NCBI GenBank assembly: GCA_963784355.1
Contig: CAWAQU010000012.1
Span: forward strand, 96,001 to 160,000
DNA: 64,000 nt
From: an uncultured bacterium
GTDB taxonomy: Bacteria; Patescibacteriota; JACMRA01
Direction: 5' to 3'
Shown: one piece after another, positions 19,937-29,821 of the stretch
Layout of the letters: every line of letters begins with the position of its first letter
Numbering within the stretch: position 1 is the first letter of the stretch
The notes under the pieces: generated by a model
Seen by the model: only the letters and a program-made list of their open reading frames with translations
What the model was told of the DNA's origin: nothing
Database searches by the model: none
Translations under genes and position numbers: made by a program

Positions 19937-20647
19937 CTACAAAATTTGGCCACTCTGTATTGATGTTTTGTTGTTCAATATTCCTTCAAGTGTTTTAATT
20001 TCTTGAGTTTGGGTGTCAATTATACTTGTTGTAATTTGTTTAATTTTTTCATTTTGCACTTTATTTTGCGCTAGCTTAGTCATGTCGATTGCTTCTTTGT
20101 GATGCTTAATCATATCCATAATATAGGCCTTGTCTAATTCTACACCTCTGAAGTTACTCAAATCCATCATAGGTTTGTAATCAAATTTTGAAGGCAGATC
20201 AGATTGATATAAATTTTTATATTGCAAAGTCATTTCACTGATTTCGGAAGTCTGTTTTTCGATGACCTTTTGAGCAAAATTCTTTAGTTCCTGGTTTTGG
20301 CTTCTAGATAATATAATCACTGAACTATCAATCGCTTCTTGGTGATGAGGAACCATGTGTAAAATAAAATCTTTATCATTACTTATTTCGTCATTATTAT
20401 GATGGTCCTCCCTTTTATTGTTCATCTTTTTTTCTGCTTTCTTGTTTTGTTTAATTGATTGTTTTTCATCATTCATCTTTTTAAGAGTTGACTTATCGGG
20501 ACTTGATAAACCAGTAATATAGAGTAAAGGTATGAGTAAAGTCAAACCAATTGCTAGCAAAGCTACAGTAATTAAGCCGGCAGTAAGTGGAGAGAATTTC
20601 TTGCCATTTGGTATATTTGATTCAGAAATATTTTTGTTTTCAACCAT
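19937..20647 (-). CDS. DUF305 (ferritin-like, CopM-related) exported protein
   Basis: Two MxxHHxxAI repeats (MVPHHQEAI, MIKHHKEAI) after a TM segment. Confidence 0.88.
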   Translation of the reverse strand: MVENKNISESNIPNGKKFSPLTAGLITVALLAIGLTLLIPLLYITGLSSPDKSTLKKMNDEKQSIKQNKKAEKKMNNKREDHHNNDEISNDKDFILHMVPHHQEAIDSSVIILSRSQNQELKNFAQKVIEKQTSEISEMTLQYKNLYQSDLPSKFDYKPMMDLSNFRGVELDKAYIMDMIKHHKEAIDMTKLAQNKVQNEKIKQITTSIIDTQTQEIKTLEGILNNKTSIQSGQIL

Positions 20648-20793
20648 AATTTGTTATTTAACTAAACCTATAATATTCAAACGAAGACCTATTGTCAATC
20701 ATAAAATAGGGTACAACAGAATAAGACACTTGACAAAATCAGTAAAATCTCAGATAAGTTTATAGATATTAATACCTTTGCCACAATAATAAT

Positions 20794-21387
20794 ATGCTTC
20801 AGAATTACGAACTTTATATTATTTTCAACCCTGAATTATCCAGTGAAGAAATCCAAAAAGAACAAGACACAATTAACTCTATTTTAACCACAGATCTTAA
20901 AGCTCAAAATTTGGATGTGCAATCTGAGGGTTTGAGAAAATTGGCTTATCCTATTAGTAAACACCGAACAGGATTCTACTCTCTGGCTAATTTTGACATT
21001 GATATGTCGGATGCTAGAAATTTAAAGAATCTAGAGAAAAAATTGAACTTAAGCGAAAATGTAATTCGTTATATTATCATTAATCAAACTGACTACCTAA
21101 AGCAAAAATCCAAAGAAAAGAGAAATGACGTTGAAATAGTAAATCACAGAGAATTGAATAAGGGTAAGTCAAAAGCTAAAAAATGTATTTCTAAATACAT
21201 GGGATTAAAAGTAGTTGATTACAAAGATGTAAGTTACTTAAGCCAATTTGTATCACCATATTCTAAAATCTTTATTCGTGAGAAAACTGGATCCAGTGCT
21301 AAATTCCAAAGAAAAATTACGCAAGCTGTAAAAAGAGCGAGACATATGGCTCTTATGTCATTCACTCCCATACATAATGACCAATAA
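20794..21387 (+). CDS. rpsF-rpsR: Fused 30S ribosomal proteins S6 and S18
   Basis: N-terminal YELYIIFNP...GLRKLAYPI...VIRYII is bS6. C-terminal VDYKDVSYLSQFVS...TGSSAKFQRKITQAVKRARHMALM is bS18. One frame, no internal stop. Confidence 0.93.
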   Translation: MLQNYELYIIFNPELSSEEIQKEQDTINSILTTDLKAQNLDVQSEGLRKLAYPISKHRTGFYSLANFDIDMSDARNLKNLEKKLNLSENVIRYIIINQTDYLKQKSKEKRNDVEIVNHRELNKGKSKAKKCISKYMGLKVVDYKDVSYLSQFVSPYSKIFIREKTGSSAKFQRKITQAVKRARHMALMSFTPIHNDQ

Positions 21388-21397
21388 ATTTATTATT

Positions 21398-21423
21398 ACC
21401 TGAACATCGCTTCAGGTTTTTTT
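21398..21423 (+). terminator. Intrinsic terminator after rpsF-rpsR
   Basis: ACCTGAA-CATCGC-TTCAGGT followed by TTTTTT, immediately before the ruvX ATG. Confidence 0.7.
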
Positions 21424-21825
21424 ATGTTTGATATAATTGCAGTAGATTGGGGTGAGAAAAGATGTGGCATTGCTTTTGGTGATCAAAAAACCGATTTGGT
21501 TATTGCCTACAAAAAAGACTGTTATACCCAAGAGGTTTGGGAAATTTTAGCTGAGGAAATAAGCCAAAAAAAAATCAAAATTGCAGTAATTGGTTTACCT
21601 TCCAATTTTAATGGAAAGCCCACAGAAGTAACTAAAAAAATTGAGTTGTTTATTGAAAACTTCAAAGTGGTTTTTCCGGGTATTGAAGTAATTACTTTAA
21701 ATGAAAGAAATAGCACAAAAGAAGCACTAATTGGATATAAGATTATTGATAAACATATAATAAATCATCAAGCTGCAGCAAAAATACTTGAGTATTATTT
21801 CACTGATAAATCATTGCGTAAATAA
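21424..21825 (+). CDS. ruvX: YqgF/RuvX pre-16S rRNA nuclease
   Basis: IAVDWGEKRCGIAFGD, VIGLP, NERNST, AAAKILE. Confidence 0.88.
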   Translation: MFDIIAVDWGEKRCGIAFGDQKTDLVIAYKKDCYTQEVWEILAEEISQKKIKIAVIGLPSNFNGKPTEVTKKIELFIENFKVVFPGIEVITLNERNSTKEALIGYKIIDKHIINHQAAAKILEYYFTDKSLRK

Positions 21826-21849
21826 TTTACTGATAGGGTTTAAAATAAG

Positions 21850-22668
21850 CTAACTAAGAGTAATTTCTCGTAAAATATCCCATACAGTTTGTTTTTGCGA
21901 CGAGGATAATTCGAAGGGAAGTTTATGTGTTAGGTTGCGTAAAAAATCAACATCCAGATGCCCTATTTTGGCAGGTTTATCAACTCTTTTTAGCTCTATA
22001 TACTTCAACAAACAAAGCCTCAAAAAAACCCTAAAAGTAGTCCAGGAACTTAGACTTTCTTGATAATGCTTAGCTGATTTTGGGTGATGAATGCCGCCGA
22101 GATCCAGAATTTCTTTCAATATTGAGCTTTTAGGTACGAGGCCTTGTAAATTTAAAACATAATCAATAGGCTTAAGACGTCTATGGAGTGCGACTATTTC
22201 GGCTCCTGTGAGAGTTTCAATTCTAAGATATTTTGCTACTAAGTAAGGTCTTAATTCTGCTTGTCCAAGTATGAAATTATATTTGTTGATAGCATCTTTT
22301 TTTAAAGAAAATTTTTCTATATTCCAAAAACCGCTATGAAATTTGAGTAATAGCTGATATTCTTTACCAATTTCTAAAAGTTTGTAGGTAAACTTAGATA
22401 CGGAAAACAAGTAACATTTTAGTTGCCAGCCACCGTCAAAATCTAAAATAAAATAATTTTTTTGAGCTTTTTTCTGAGTAATATTTACAAGTTTTGCATT
22501 CCACAAGTAAGTAATTTTCTCTTCAGGTAAATCATGAATATTCTCTAAAGGCTTGATCTCAGTTAAATCGTAGGGTAGGTAGGTAATAAAATCATACAGG
22601 TTTGTTATACCTACTTTTTCTAGCTTTTGTATTTGTAGTGGTGTAAATCTATCTTTTAGTCCCAACAT
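21850..22668 (-). CDS. recG: RecG N-terminal (wedge) fragment lacking helicase domains
   Basis: KLEKVGITNLYDFITYLPYD start, IHHPKS, ends at LPFELSSSQKQTVWDILREI just before helicase motif I. Confidence 0.7.
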   Translation of the reverse strand: MLGLKDRFTPLQIQKLEKVGITNLYDFITYLPYDLTEIKPLENIHDLPEEKITYLWNAKLVNITQKKAQKNYFILDFDGGWQLKCYLFSVSKFTYKLLEIGKEYQLLLKFHSGFWNIEKFSLKKDAINKYNFILGQAELRPYLVAKYLRIETLTGAEIVALHRRLKPIDYVLNLQGLVPKSSILKEILDLGGIHHPKSAKHYQESLSSWTTFRVFLRLCLLKYIELKRVDKPAKIGHLDVDFLRNLTHKLPFELSSSQKQTVWDILREITLS

Positions 22669-22734
22669 AGATTATTTGTATTCTTGACAATTTTCTCATT
22701 TTATGCTTAACTAAAAATATATTTAATGCAAATC

Positions 22735-22809
22735 GGCGCTATCGTCTAATGGTTAGGACGCAGGATTTTCATTCCTGTAATCGGGGTTCAATTCCCCGTA
22801 GCGCTACCA
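22735..22809 (+). tRNA. tRNA-Glu(TTC)
   Basis: GGCGCTA/TAGCGCT acceptor stem, CAGGA-TTTTCAT-TCCTG anticodon arm, GGTTCAA T-loop, CCA. Confidence 0.97.
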
Positions 22810-22897
22810 ACTTTAATTTTCAATAATATACAAACTACCGATTAGACAAAAACTTAATTTATTTTTACAATACTCCCTATTATAAGGGTAATTTTTT

Positions 22898-23884
22898 ATG
22901 TTTAAACAAAACCTGCCAATACTGGAAGAAATATTTTCCTTTTTGAGAAATCCACAAAGCTTTTTAGAAAAAAAATCCGAGTTAAATTTTTGGCAAACTT
23001 TATGGTATGTAATTCAAATTATAGGTTTTTGCATTACAGCCGGAATTTTAATAGGTTTAATTACCGAGTTTGTAAGTAAATTATTCGGGTATTCTCAAGA
23101 AGAAAATAATATTATAATTAGTACTTTGGTTGATATACCACCTTTGGTTGCGGGATTATTTTTGGTAATTATTGGTCCTTTTTTTGAAGAACTAAGTTTT
23201 AGATTATTTTTGCGTCCTAAAAAGTTTGCCTTTTTATTAGGGTTAGTGTTTTTTGTTTTATTCTTTGCAAGTTCTGTGCTGAGCTATTTTAACATTAGTT
23301 TACCGCAGATGGTTACAAATTACACTACTTTAATTTCGGGTGAAATCGGAATATCTTTTTTGATCACTTTATTAATATTGGCAGGACTTTTACTTGGATG
23401 TTTGAGCTTGGTTTTTAGATTTATTGATAAAGAAAAGGCAGAAAAATTTGTTTACTCTAGATTCAATTATTTGGTGTATTTCAGCTCAGTTATTTTTGCT
23501 TTGATGCATATTACAAATTATGAAAACCTGGAAAAGTTTTGGTGGTTGGCCCCTGTGTTTATTTTGCCACAATTGCTTGTAGGTTTGATTTTGCCTTTTG
23601 TACGTACAAAATTTGGTTTTTGGTGGTCTGTTTTTACCCACAGTTGTTACAATTTTGTTTTAGGGGTGGGCGTAATTGCAATTTTAGCCGGTTCTGATGC
23701 AGTTAGAAAACTTATTTTGGAACCCAAAAATGCTGACGATGCCATGAAAACCTTGAGCCAAGCTGATCAAATTTATGTTGGAGGGTTTGGTTTGATTTCA
23801 GGATGGTTGTACTTAACTGCCTTTACTTTAGCTGCAATGCTTGTGTATAATTTTTGGAGAAACGGTAATTTCAGAAAAAAATGA
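22898..23884 (+). CDS. CPBP/Abi (CAAX-like) intramembrane metalloprotease
   Basis: EELSFR, FALMH, HSCYN motifs; multiple TM helices. Confidence 0.88.
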   Translation: MFKQNLPILEEIFSFLRNPQSFLEKKSELNFWQTLWYVIQIIGFCITAGILIGLITEFVSKLFGYSQEENNIIISTLVDIPPLVAGLFLVIIGPFFEELSFRLFLRPKKFAFLLGLVFFVLFFASSVLSYFNISLPQMVTNYTTLISGEIGISFLITLLILAGLLLGCLSLVFRFIDKEKAEKFVYSRFNYLVYFSSVIFALMHITNYENLEKFWWLAPVFILPQLLVGLILPFVRTKFGFWWSVFTHSCYNFVLGVGVIAILAGSDAVRKLILEPKNADDAMKTLSQADQIYVGGFGLISGWLYLTAFTLAAMLVYNFWRNGNFRKK

Positions 23885-23930
23885 GTTCAGAGGTAATTTC
23901 CTAGATTCTACTTTTATAAACAGAGCATGT

Positions 23931-25493
23931 TTAATTCTCTTCCTTGACTAGCATCTCAATTTCTTCAGCTAATCTAAATAAAGTATCTTCACTGAGCTCA
24001 GGACCTAGAATCTGACAGCCTGTAGGTAGTTTCAATTTTTCACTTGCCAGCTCGGATTCACTATTCTCATCAATTTCAAACAAACCTAGTGGTACTGAAA
24101 GTCCGGGGATTTTTACAGGATTTATACCGCAAGTAAAAACATCAGACAAGTACATTTTAAGCGGATCACTGGTTTTCTCACCAATTTTAAAGGGAAATTC
24201 TGGTGTAGTTGGTGTTAAAAGTACATCAACTTCTTTAAATACCTCCAGAAAATTCTGTCTGGCCAATTCCTTTACTTTTTGAGCTTGATTGTAATAAGCA
24301 TCGTAATAGCCTGCTGAAGAGACGTATGTACCCAACATTATTCTTCTTTTTGCTTCATCACCAAAGTATTCCTGCCTGTGATCAAAATATAATTCGTCAT
24401 ATTTATCTTTTTGAGCAGCGTACCTAATACCATCAATCCTTTCTAAATTTGAAGCTACCTCGACAGTCATAGTCATATAGTAGACTGAAATAGCGTATTT
24501 TGATAAAGGAATGCTAACATCCACCAAAGTATGCCCCAATCCCGTGAGTTTTTCCTGTAAATCCTCTAGCGCTTTTCTGATTATGGGGTCAATACCGTCA
24601 ATATAAAATTCTTTTGGGATACCTATTTTTAAGGGTTTTGTGGTTTTAGATATTTTTTTAGTTGTTCTTGTACTCTTTTTTAGTTCAAGGTTTTTTCCAA
24701 GCTTTTCAATTAATTCATCTGATTGCAGTGTAGTTTGATCTTTAGGATCTTTCCCGGCCAAAACTTTTGTGACGATAAGATTATCTTCTACATTGTTGGT
24801 GATACCTCCTACCTGATCAAAAGATGATGCCATAGGGATTACACCATATCGGGATACTAGGCCGTAAGTTGGTTTGAGTCCTACTACGTCGCAGAAGGCA
24901 GCTGGTTGGCGAATAGAGCCTCCTGTATCAGTTCCTAGGCTAAATACAACCTGTCCTGAAGCTACTGCGGCTACCGGGCCACTTGATGAGCCCCCTACAA
25001 TACGGGTAGTATCAAACGGATTTTTGGAAATGGCATAAGCCGAAGACTCACCACTAGATCCCATGGCAAATTGGTCCATGTGGCTAATACCTATACAAAT
25101 AGCACCTGCCTGATCTACTTTTTTGTAAACTGTGGAGGAATAAGGAGATTTGAATTGATCAAGTATTTTAGAATCAGCATCAAAAATTTCATTATCTATC
25201 AATATAATAGCCTTAACAGTATATGGAATTCCAAACAAAGAATAGTCTTCAATTAGTTTATCAAACCAGTTTTCCTCTCCTTTTTCAGCTTTGTATTTGT
25301 CTAAAATATCATCTAATTCAAAAGACTTTTTTTCAGCTAATTCTTCAGTATAATAGTGAAAAGCTTGAATTTTCTTATCTATTTGCTTACTTCGATTCAG
25401 AAAAAATTGTAGCACTTGAGATGGCTTGCCTTTACCGGTTTTATACAAATCATGGATTTCATGGATCGTAGGTCGTTTGGAAACGGAAAACAT
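23931..25493 (-). CDS. gatA: Asp/Glu-tRNA amidotransferase subunit A
   Basis: GGSSSG, LGTDTGGSIRQPAA, RRIMLGTY, GYYDAYY. Confidence 0.96.
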   Translation of the reverse strand: MFSVSKRPTIHEIHDLYKTGKGKPSQVLQFFLNRSKQIDKKIQAFHYYTEELAEKKSFELDDILDKYKAEKGEENWFDKLIEDYSLFGIPYTVKAIILIDNEIFDADSKILDQFKSPYSSTVYKKVDQAGAICIGISHMDQFAMGSSGESSAYAISKNPFDTTRIVGGSSSGPVAAVASGQVVFSLGTDTGGSIRQPAAFCDVVGLKPTYGLVSRYGVIPMASSFDQVGGITNNVEDNLIVTKVLAGKDPKDQTTLQSDELIEKLGKNLELKKSTRTTKKISKTTKPLKIGIPKEFYIDGIDPIIRKALEDLQEKLTGLGHTLVDVSIPLSKYAISVYYMTMTVEVASNLERIDGIRYAAQKDKYDELYFDHRQEYFGDEAKRRIMLGTYVSSAGYYDAYYNQAQKVKELARQNFLEVFKEVDVLLTPTTPEFPFKIGEKTSDPLKMYLSDVFTCGINPVKIPGLSVPLGLFEIDENSESELASEKLKLPTGCQILGPELSEDTLFRLAEEIEMLVKEEN

Positions 25494-25573
25494 AATTACT
25501 TAAAACTTAAATAATTTACAAACTTTGTAAAGTAATTGGGCTTTAATTGATAAGACTAGATCTAGTTTGTTTG

Positions 25574-26341
25574 TTATTTGGAGCCTAACACAAAGCATTT
25601 TCGGTTTTCATCTACTTCAAAATGTAAATCTCTGTACATTTGGGCTACCGGTGGGCGGCTACAGCTAAAACTCAAATATTTGAAATCCTTTTTTTGTAAA
25701 ATATCTGCTAACTGACCCATCAAAATACTCATTTTATTACCTTGAGTATATTGATTGTCTAAATCTGATTTTGCTGCGACGGAATGGAGTTGTATTTCAC
25801 CTAAGTCTGAAATGTTTAGTAAAGAAAATACTCCTACATTCTGGCCGTTTTTATGCTGGACTAAGTAAGTTTTGAGATTGGGGCTGTCTTGAATTACATT
25901 TAAATTTTCCGAGATTTTTTGTCTGCGATTTTGGTCAGGCTCAAATAATTTTACCCCGTTTTTTTCTGAATATTTTACACCAAAGCTGGTAAACATATAA
26001 TTCTCTAAAATGTCCTTTTCAGCATTATTAATTTTGGAAAATTGGAAATCATCAGTTATTTTTGTAGTTTTATTTGCCTCTATAAAATTATCTAAATCAG
26101 TTTTCCTCAGCCTAAAAAAAGTAGTATTTCTTTGAGCTATTTCGTAGTTTTCATGGCTATTCTGAAAATTAGCTATGGCTTTTTCCTGCTCATCCGAATT
26201 TGTAATTACTCTAAATACAGTCTGTCTTTGCTCGGTGATTTTTTGCAGCTCTTTTTGAACTTCAGTCAAGGTTTGACTCGGACTCAAAATCAATTCTAGA
26301 TATTCAGAACCATCCGGTAGTTGTACTTTGATTAAAGACAT
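25574..26341 (-). CDS. Hypothetical protein with GNAT-like C-terminal half
   Basis: VGVFSL...IQLHSVAAK...QGNKMS...AQMYRDLHF resembles GNAT motifs A and B. Start uncertain. Confidence 0.5.
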   Translation of the reverse strand: MSLIKVQLPDGSEYLELILSPSQTLTEVQKELQKITEQRQTVFRVITNSDEQEKAIANFQNSHENYEIAQRNTTFFRLRKTDLDNFIEANKTTKITDDFQFSKINNAEKDILENYMFTSFGVKYSEKNGVKLFEPDQNRRQKISENLNVIQDSPNLKTYLVQHKNGQNVGVFSLLNISDLGEIQLHSVAAKSDLDNQYTQGNKMSILMGQLADILQKKDFKYLSFSCSRPPVAQMYRDLHFEVDENRKCFVLGSK

Positions 26342-26395
26342 AAAATAATTTGTATTTGTCAAAAAATATTATTTAAAGTAAACTTTGACAAGTAA

Positions 26396-28615
26396 ATGGC
26401 AGCGAACAATAATCTTAATACGAATCAACCACAAAATACCTCAAATTCCGGGAGAAATTCTAACTTTGGCCAAATTAATATGGGCTATACCCAAGCCCCA
26501 ATGCGAAAATCTTCTGCGGTTCAATTTCCTCAAATTCAAACCAATGCTCAAATGCAGGGTAATTTACCTCAAATGCCAAGTCCTGCAGGTAGCGTAACAC
26601 CAGTAATTAATAATAACCAGCCTCCTTACCCTCAGAGTCAACAATTTTACCCTCAGCAAAGACCATCAATGCCTTATGGACCTAATAATGGTTACGGTCC
26701 AGGGATGCCACCTCAGCAAAATCCGGTGTACGGTAGGCCTGCTTACCCTCAACAAAGAGCGATAGGACCTCAAGAAAATTACGACTATCTCACAAAATTA
26801 AATCCGACTGAGCTTAGAAATGAAGTAATCAAGACTGAAATCGAAATCCAAAAGGCTTTAGTAGATAGTGAAAGAGCTTATAGAGAGGGGATTTCTACTA
26901 TACGTGACTTAATTGCGCCAAGTAGTGTAAAAGTTACCACAGGACAACTGGAAATCGGTACTAAACTTATTCGTAGTTTTTTTGTTTTGACTTATCCTAG
27001 AGTAATAAATAGCGGTTGGCTAGAAGGTGTGGTAAATGCTGATATTCCAATGGATTTATCAATCTTCATTTACCCGAGAGATTCGTCTGATGTACTTCAC
27101 GAATTGAAGAGTAAGGTAGGTAAAATCCAAGCCTCTTTGGAAATTAATTCAGAGCGAGGTGCTGCCAGAGATCCTGCTTTAGAAATAGCTTATAAAGATG
27201 TAGAAAGTCTTCGAGATGCTATTCAACAAGGTGTAGAAAAATTTTTCAGGGTAGGGGTGTATGTTACTATCTACGCTGATAACTTAGACCAAATGGAGAA
27301 ATATACTCAAGATATTGAAGGAATTTTGAGTCAGCAGAGTATCATAATGAAAAGAGCTGCCCTTCAAATGGATGATGGTTTCAACTCTTCACTACCGATT
27401 TTAAAAGATGATTTGTATGTTTTAAATAACATGAATACAAGTCCGCTTTCAGCTTGTTTCCCTTTTGTTTCTTCCGAATTGTCTTCTGACTCAGGTATTT
27501 TGTATGGAGTAAATAGACATAACACTTCTTTAATTATTTTTGATAGATTCGAGCTTGAAAATGCAAATTCCTTAATTTTTGCTACTTCAGGTGCCGGTAA
27601 GAGTTATGCTGTAAAATTAGAAATTTTGAGGAGTTTAATGATGGGAATTTCTGTAATTGTAATTGACCCTGAACAAGAATACAAAGTACTTGCTGATACC
27701 CTGGGAGGTACTTATGTAAATATGAGTTTAAACTCAAATAATCGTATCAATCCTTTTGATTTACCTAAACCTTTACCAGGAGAAAGCACTGCAGATATTT
27801 TGCGTACAGCTATAATTGACTTGATGGGACTTATGGGCTTGATGCTTGGTAAATTGACTCCTGAAGAGATAAGTATTTTGGAAAAAGCAATCCAAGAAGC
27901 TTATGCTAAAAGAGATATTACGGCTGAGAGTGATTTGCATAATATAGTACCTCCTACAATTGGTGATCTAGTGGACATTCTAAACGGTATTGTGGGTGGA
28001 GAAACTTTAGCCCAAAGACTTTATAGATATAGTGAGGGTACCTTTGCCGGTATTTTCAACCAACGTACAAATATCAATATCAGCAATGATTTTATCGTAT
28101 TTAATATTCGAGATTTGCAGGAATCACTGAGACCAATTGCCATGTATGTACTCTTGAAGTACATTTGGAACGAAATTAGATCTAGTTTGAGAAAAAGAAT
28201 TTTGGCTATCGATGAGGCCTGGATTATGATGCAATACGAAGATTCGGCTAGGTTTTTGTATGGGCTTGTAAAGCGTGCCCGTAAATATTATTTGGGAATT
28301 ACCACAATTACTCAGGATGTAGGTGACTTTTTGAGCTCTCCATTCGGAAAACCAATTGTGACTAACGCGGCTATGAAGTTATTGCTTAAACAATCTCCGG
28401 CTGCTATTGATACCGTTGCTGATACCTTTGCACTTACCGGTGGTGAAAAACAAGTTTTATTGCAATCGGATGTAGGGCAGGGAATCTTTTTTGCCGGTCC
28501 GAGGCATGTAGCTATTGAAATTGTGGCTTTTCCAACCGAACACAGGATCATTACCACCAATCCAAAAGACATCCTGAGAATGCAAGGTATGAATGAGAAC
28601 GATATTCAGGTTTAG
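26396..28615 (+). CDS. VirB4/TraC-like ATPase with Q/P/N-rich N-terminus
   Basis: ATSGAGKS Walker A, VIDPEQEY, INPFD, AIDEAW Walker B, KRARKY, TITQ. Confidence 0.9.
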   Translation: MAANNNLNTNQPQNTSNSGRNSNFGQINMGYTQAPMRKSSAVQFPQIQTNAQMQGNLPQMPSPAGSVTPVINNNQPPYPQSQQFYPQQRPSMPYGPNNGYGPGMPPQQNPVYGRPAYPQQRAIGPQENYDYLTKLNPTELRNEVIKTEIEIQKALVDSERAYREGISTIRDLIAPSSVKVTTGQLEIGTKLIRSFFVLTYPRVINSGWLEGVVNADIPMDLSIFIYPRDSSDVLHELKSKVGKIQASLEINSERGAARDPALEIAYKDVESLRDAIQQGVEKFFRVGVYVTIYADNLDQMEKYTQDIEGILSQQSIIMKRAALQMDDGFNSSLPILKDDLYVLNNMNTSPLSACFPFVSSELSSDSGILYGVNRHNTSLIIFDRFELENANSLIFATSGAGKSYAVKLEILRSLMMGISVIVIDPEQEYKVLADTLGGTYVNMSLNSNNRINPFDLPKPLPGESTADILRTAIIDLMGLMGLMLGKLTPEEISILEKAIQEAYAKRDITAESDLHNIVPPTIGDLVDILNGIVGGETLAQRLYRYSEGTFAGIFNQRTNINISNDFIVFNIRDLQESLRPIAMYVLLKYIWNEIRSSLRKRILAIDEAWIMMQYEDSARFLYGLVKRARKYYLGITTITQDVGDFLSSPFGKPIVTNAAMKLLLKQSPAAIDTVADTFALTGGEKQVLLQSDVGQGIFFAGPRHVAIEIVAFPTEHRIITTNPKDILRMQGMNENDIQV

Positions 28616-28616
28616 C

Positions 28617-29744
28617 CTAATTTGCTTTTATTGCTTCCTGTAGAGAATCAACATCGGATTTCAATTTTACATCTGGTTCTAGTCCGGTTTTGTTTATCTT
28701 TATATCATTTGGGGTAATCCATTCGGCAATGGTTAATTTCATTCCGTCACCATTTTTCAGTGGGAAAATTTGCTGTACTACTCCCTTACCATAGGATTTT
28801 TGACCAATCAATTGAGCACCTTTATGGTCTCTTAAACTCCCAGCTACAATTTCACTTGCGGAAGCAGTATTTTTGTTTATCAAAATTTTTACAGGGTAGT
28901 TTTGCAGACTAAATTCTTTTTTTGTACTGTTATGATTAATTATCCTGGTTTTAGTTTTTTCTTTTAGTACTACTTTATCTGGCTCGATGAAGTAAGAAAC
29001 CGTGTCTACAGCTTCGTTTAACAAGCCTCCAGTATTATCTCTCAAATCCAGTATAATTTCTTTAGCTTCTTTGTTTTGTAATATTTTCTGAGCTGCATCG
29101 TTTAGTTGGGTATCTACCTGCTCTCCAAACGAAGTAATGTTTAAAATAGCGTACTTATCTTTAAAATCCAGAGTAACCAAATCTGCAGTGATGCTGCGAC
29201 GAGTTACTTCGAATTGCAAATTTTTACCACCTCTTACAAATTCCAATTTTACAAGGGTATCTTTAGGACCTTTAATAAGTTTAACTACCTCAGCAAAATC
29301 CATACCATCTGTAGACTTATTGTCCACTTTCTGAAGTAAATCTTCAGCTTGAATACCGGCTTCTTTAGCGGGGCTATTGTTGAAAACTTTCTCAACTACA
29401 AATCCTGCATCAGTTTCTTTAAATGAAACCCCGATTCCTTCATACTGCCGATTAATCTCGTTCTTAATTTCTTGGGTATCTTTCACCGTTAGATATTCGC
29501 TATACGGATCGTCTAAACTAGCGACTACAGCCCTCAATTCAGTTTCTCTAAGCTTCTCATCAGTTGGTAAATCACCCGTGTAATTTTGCTTGATGGTGTC
29601 TAAAATTTCTTGCTTTGTGTTGAACTGATTGTAAGAACTGACTGGGTTGAGTTTGTATCTGTTGAATATACCGAAACTGGCTACTAATACTAGTAAAATA
29701 ACGATTCCAAATGTATTCAGATTTTTATTGAAGGAGTTTTTCAT
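28617..29744 (-). CDS. ctpA: S41 carboxyl-terminal protease with PDZ domain
   Basis: LDDPYSEY, PDZ segment, LDLRDNTGG, TASASEI, GKGVVQ. Confidence 0.93.
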   Translation of the reverse strand: MKNSFNKNLNTFGIVILLVLVASFGIFNRYKLNPVSSYNQFNTKQEILDTIKQNYTGDLPTDEKLRETELRAVVASLDDPYSEYLTVKDTQEIKNEINRQYEGIGVSFKETDAGFVVEKVFNNSPAKEAGIQAEDLLQKVDNKSTDGMDFAEVVKLIKGPKDTLVKLEFVRGGKNLQFEVTRRSITADLVTLDFKDKYAILNITSFGEQVDTQLNDAAQKILQNKEAKEIILDLRDNTGGLLNEAVDTVSYFIEPDKVVLKEKTKTRIINHNSTKKEFSLQNYPVKILINKNTASASEIVAGSLRDHKGAQLIGQKSYGKGVVQQIFPLKNGDGMKLTIAEWITPNDIKINKTGLEPDVKLKSDVDSLQEAIKAN

Positions 29745-29821
29745 ATCACTAATAGACTAAAATTCCACATAGAAAGATTGTTGTCAAAGATTTCAAGGTT
29801 CTGCCTACATGTTTTACTAGC

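Noticed and set aside
26396-28615. Conjugative element or prophage around the VirB4-like gene
   Set aside because: No relaxase, coupling protein, integrase or phage structural genes; the flanks are housekeeping-type.
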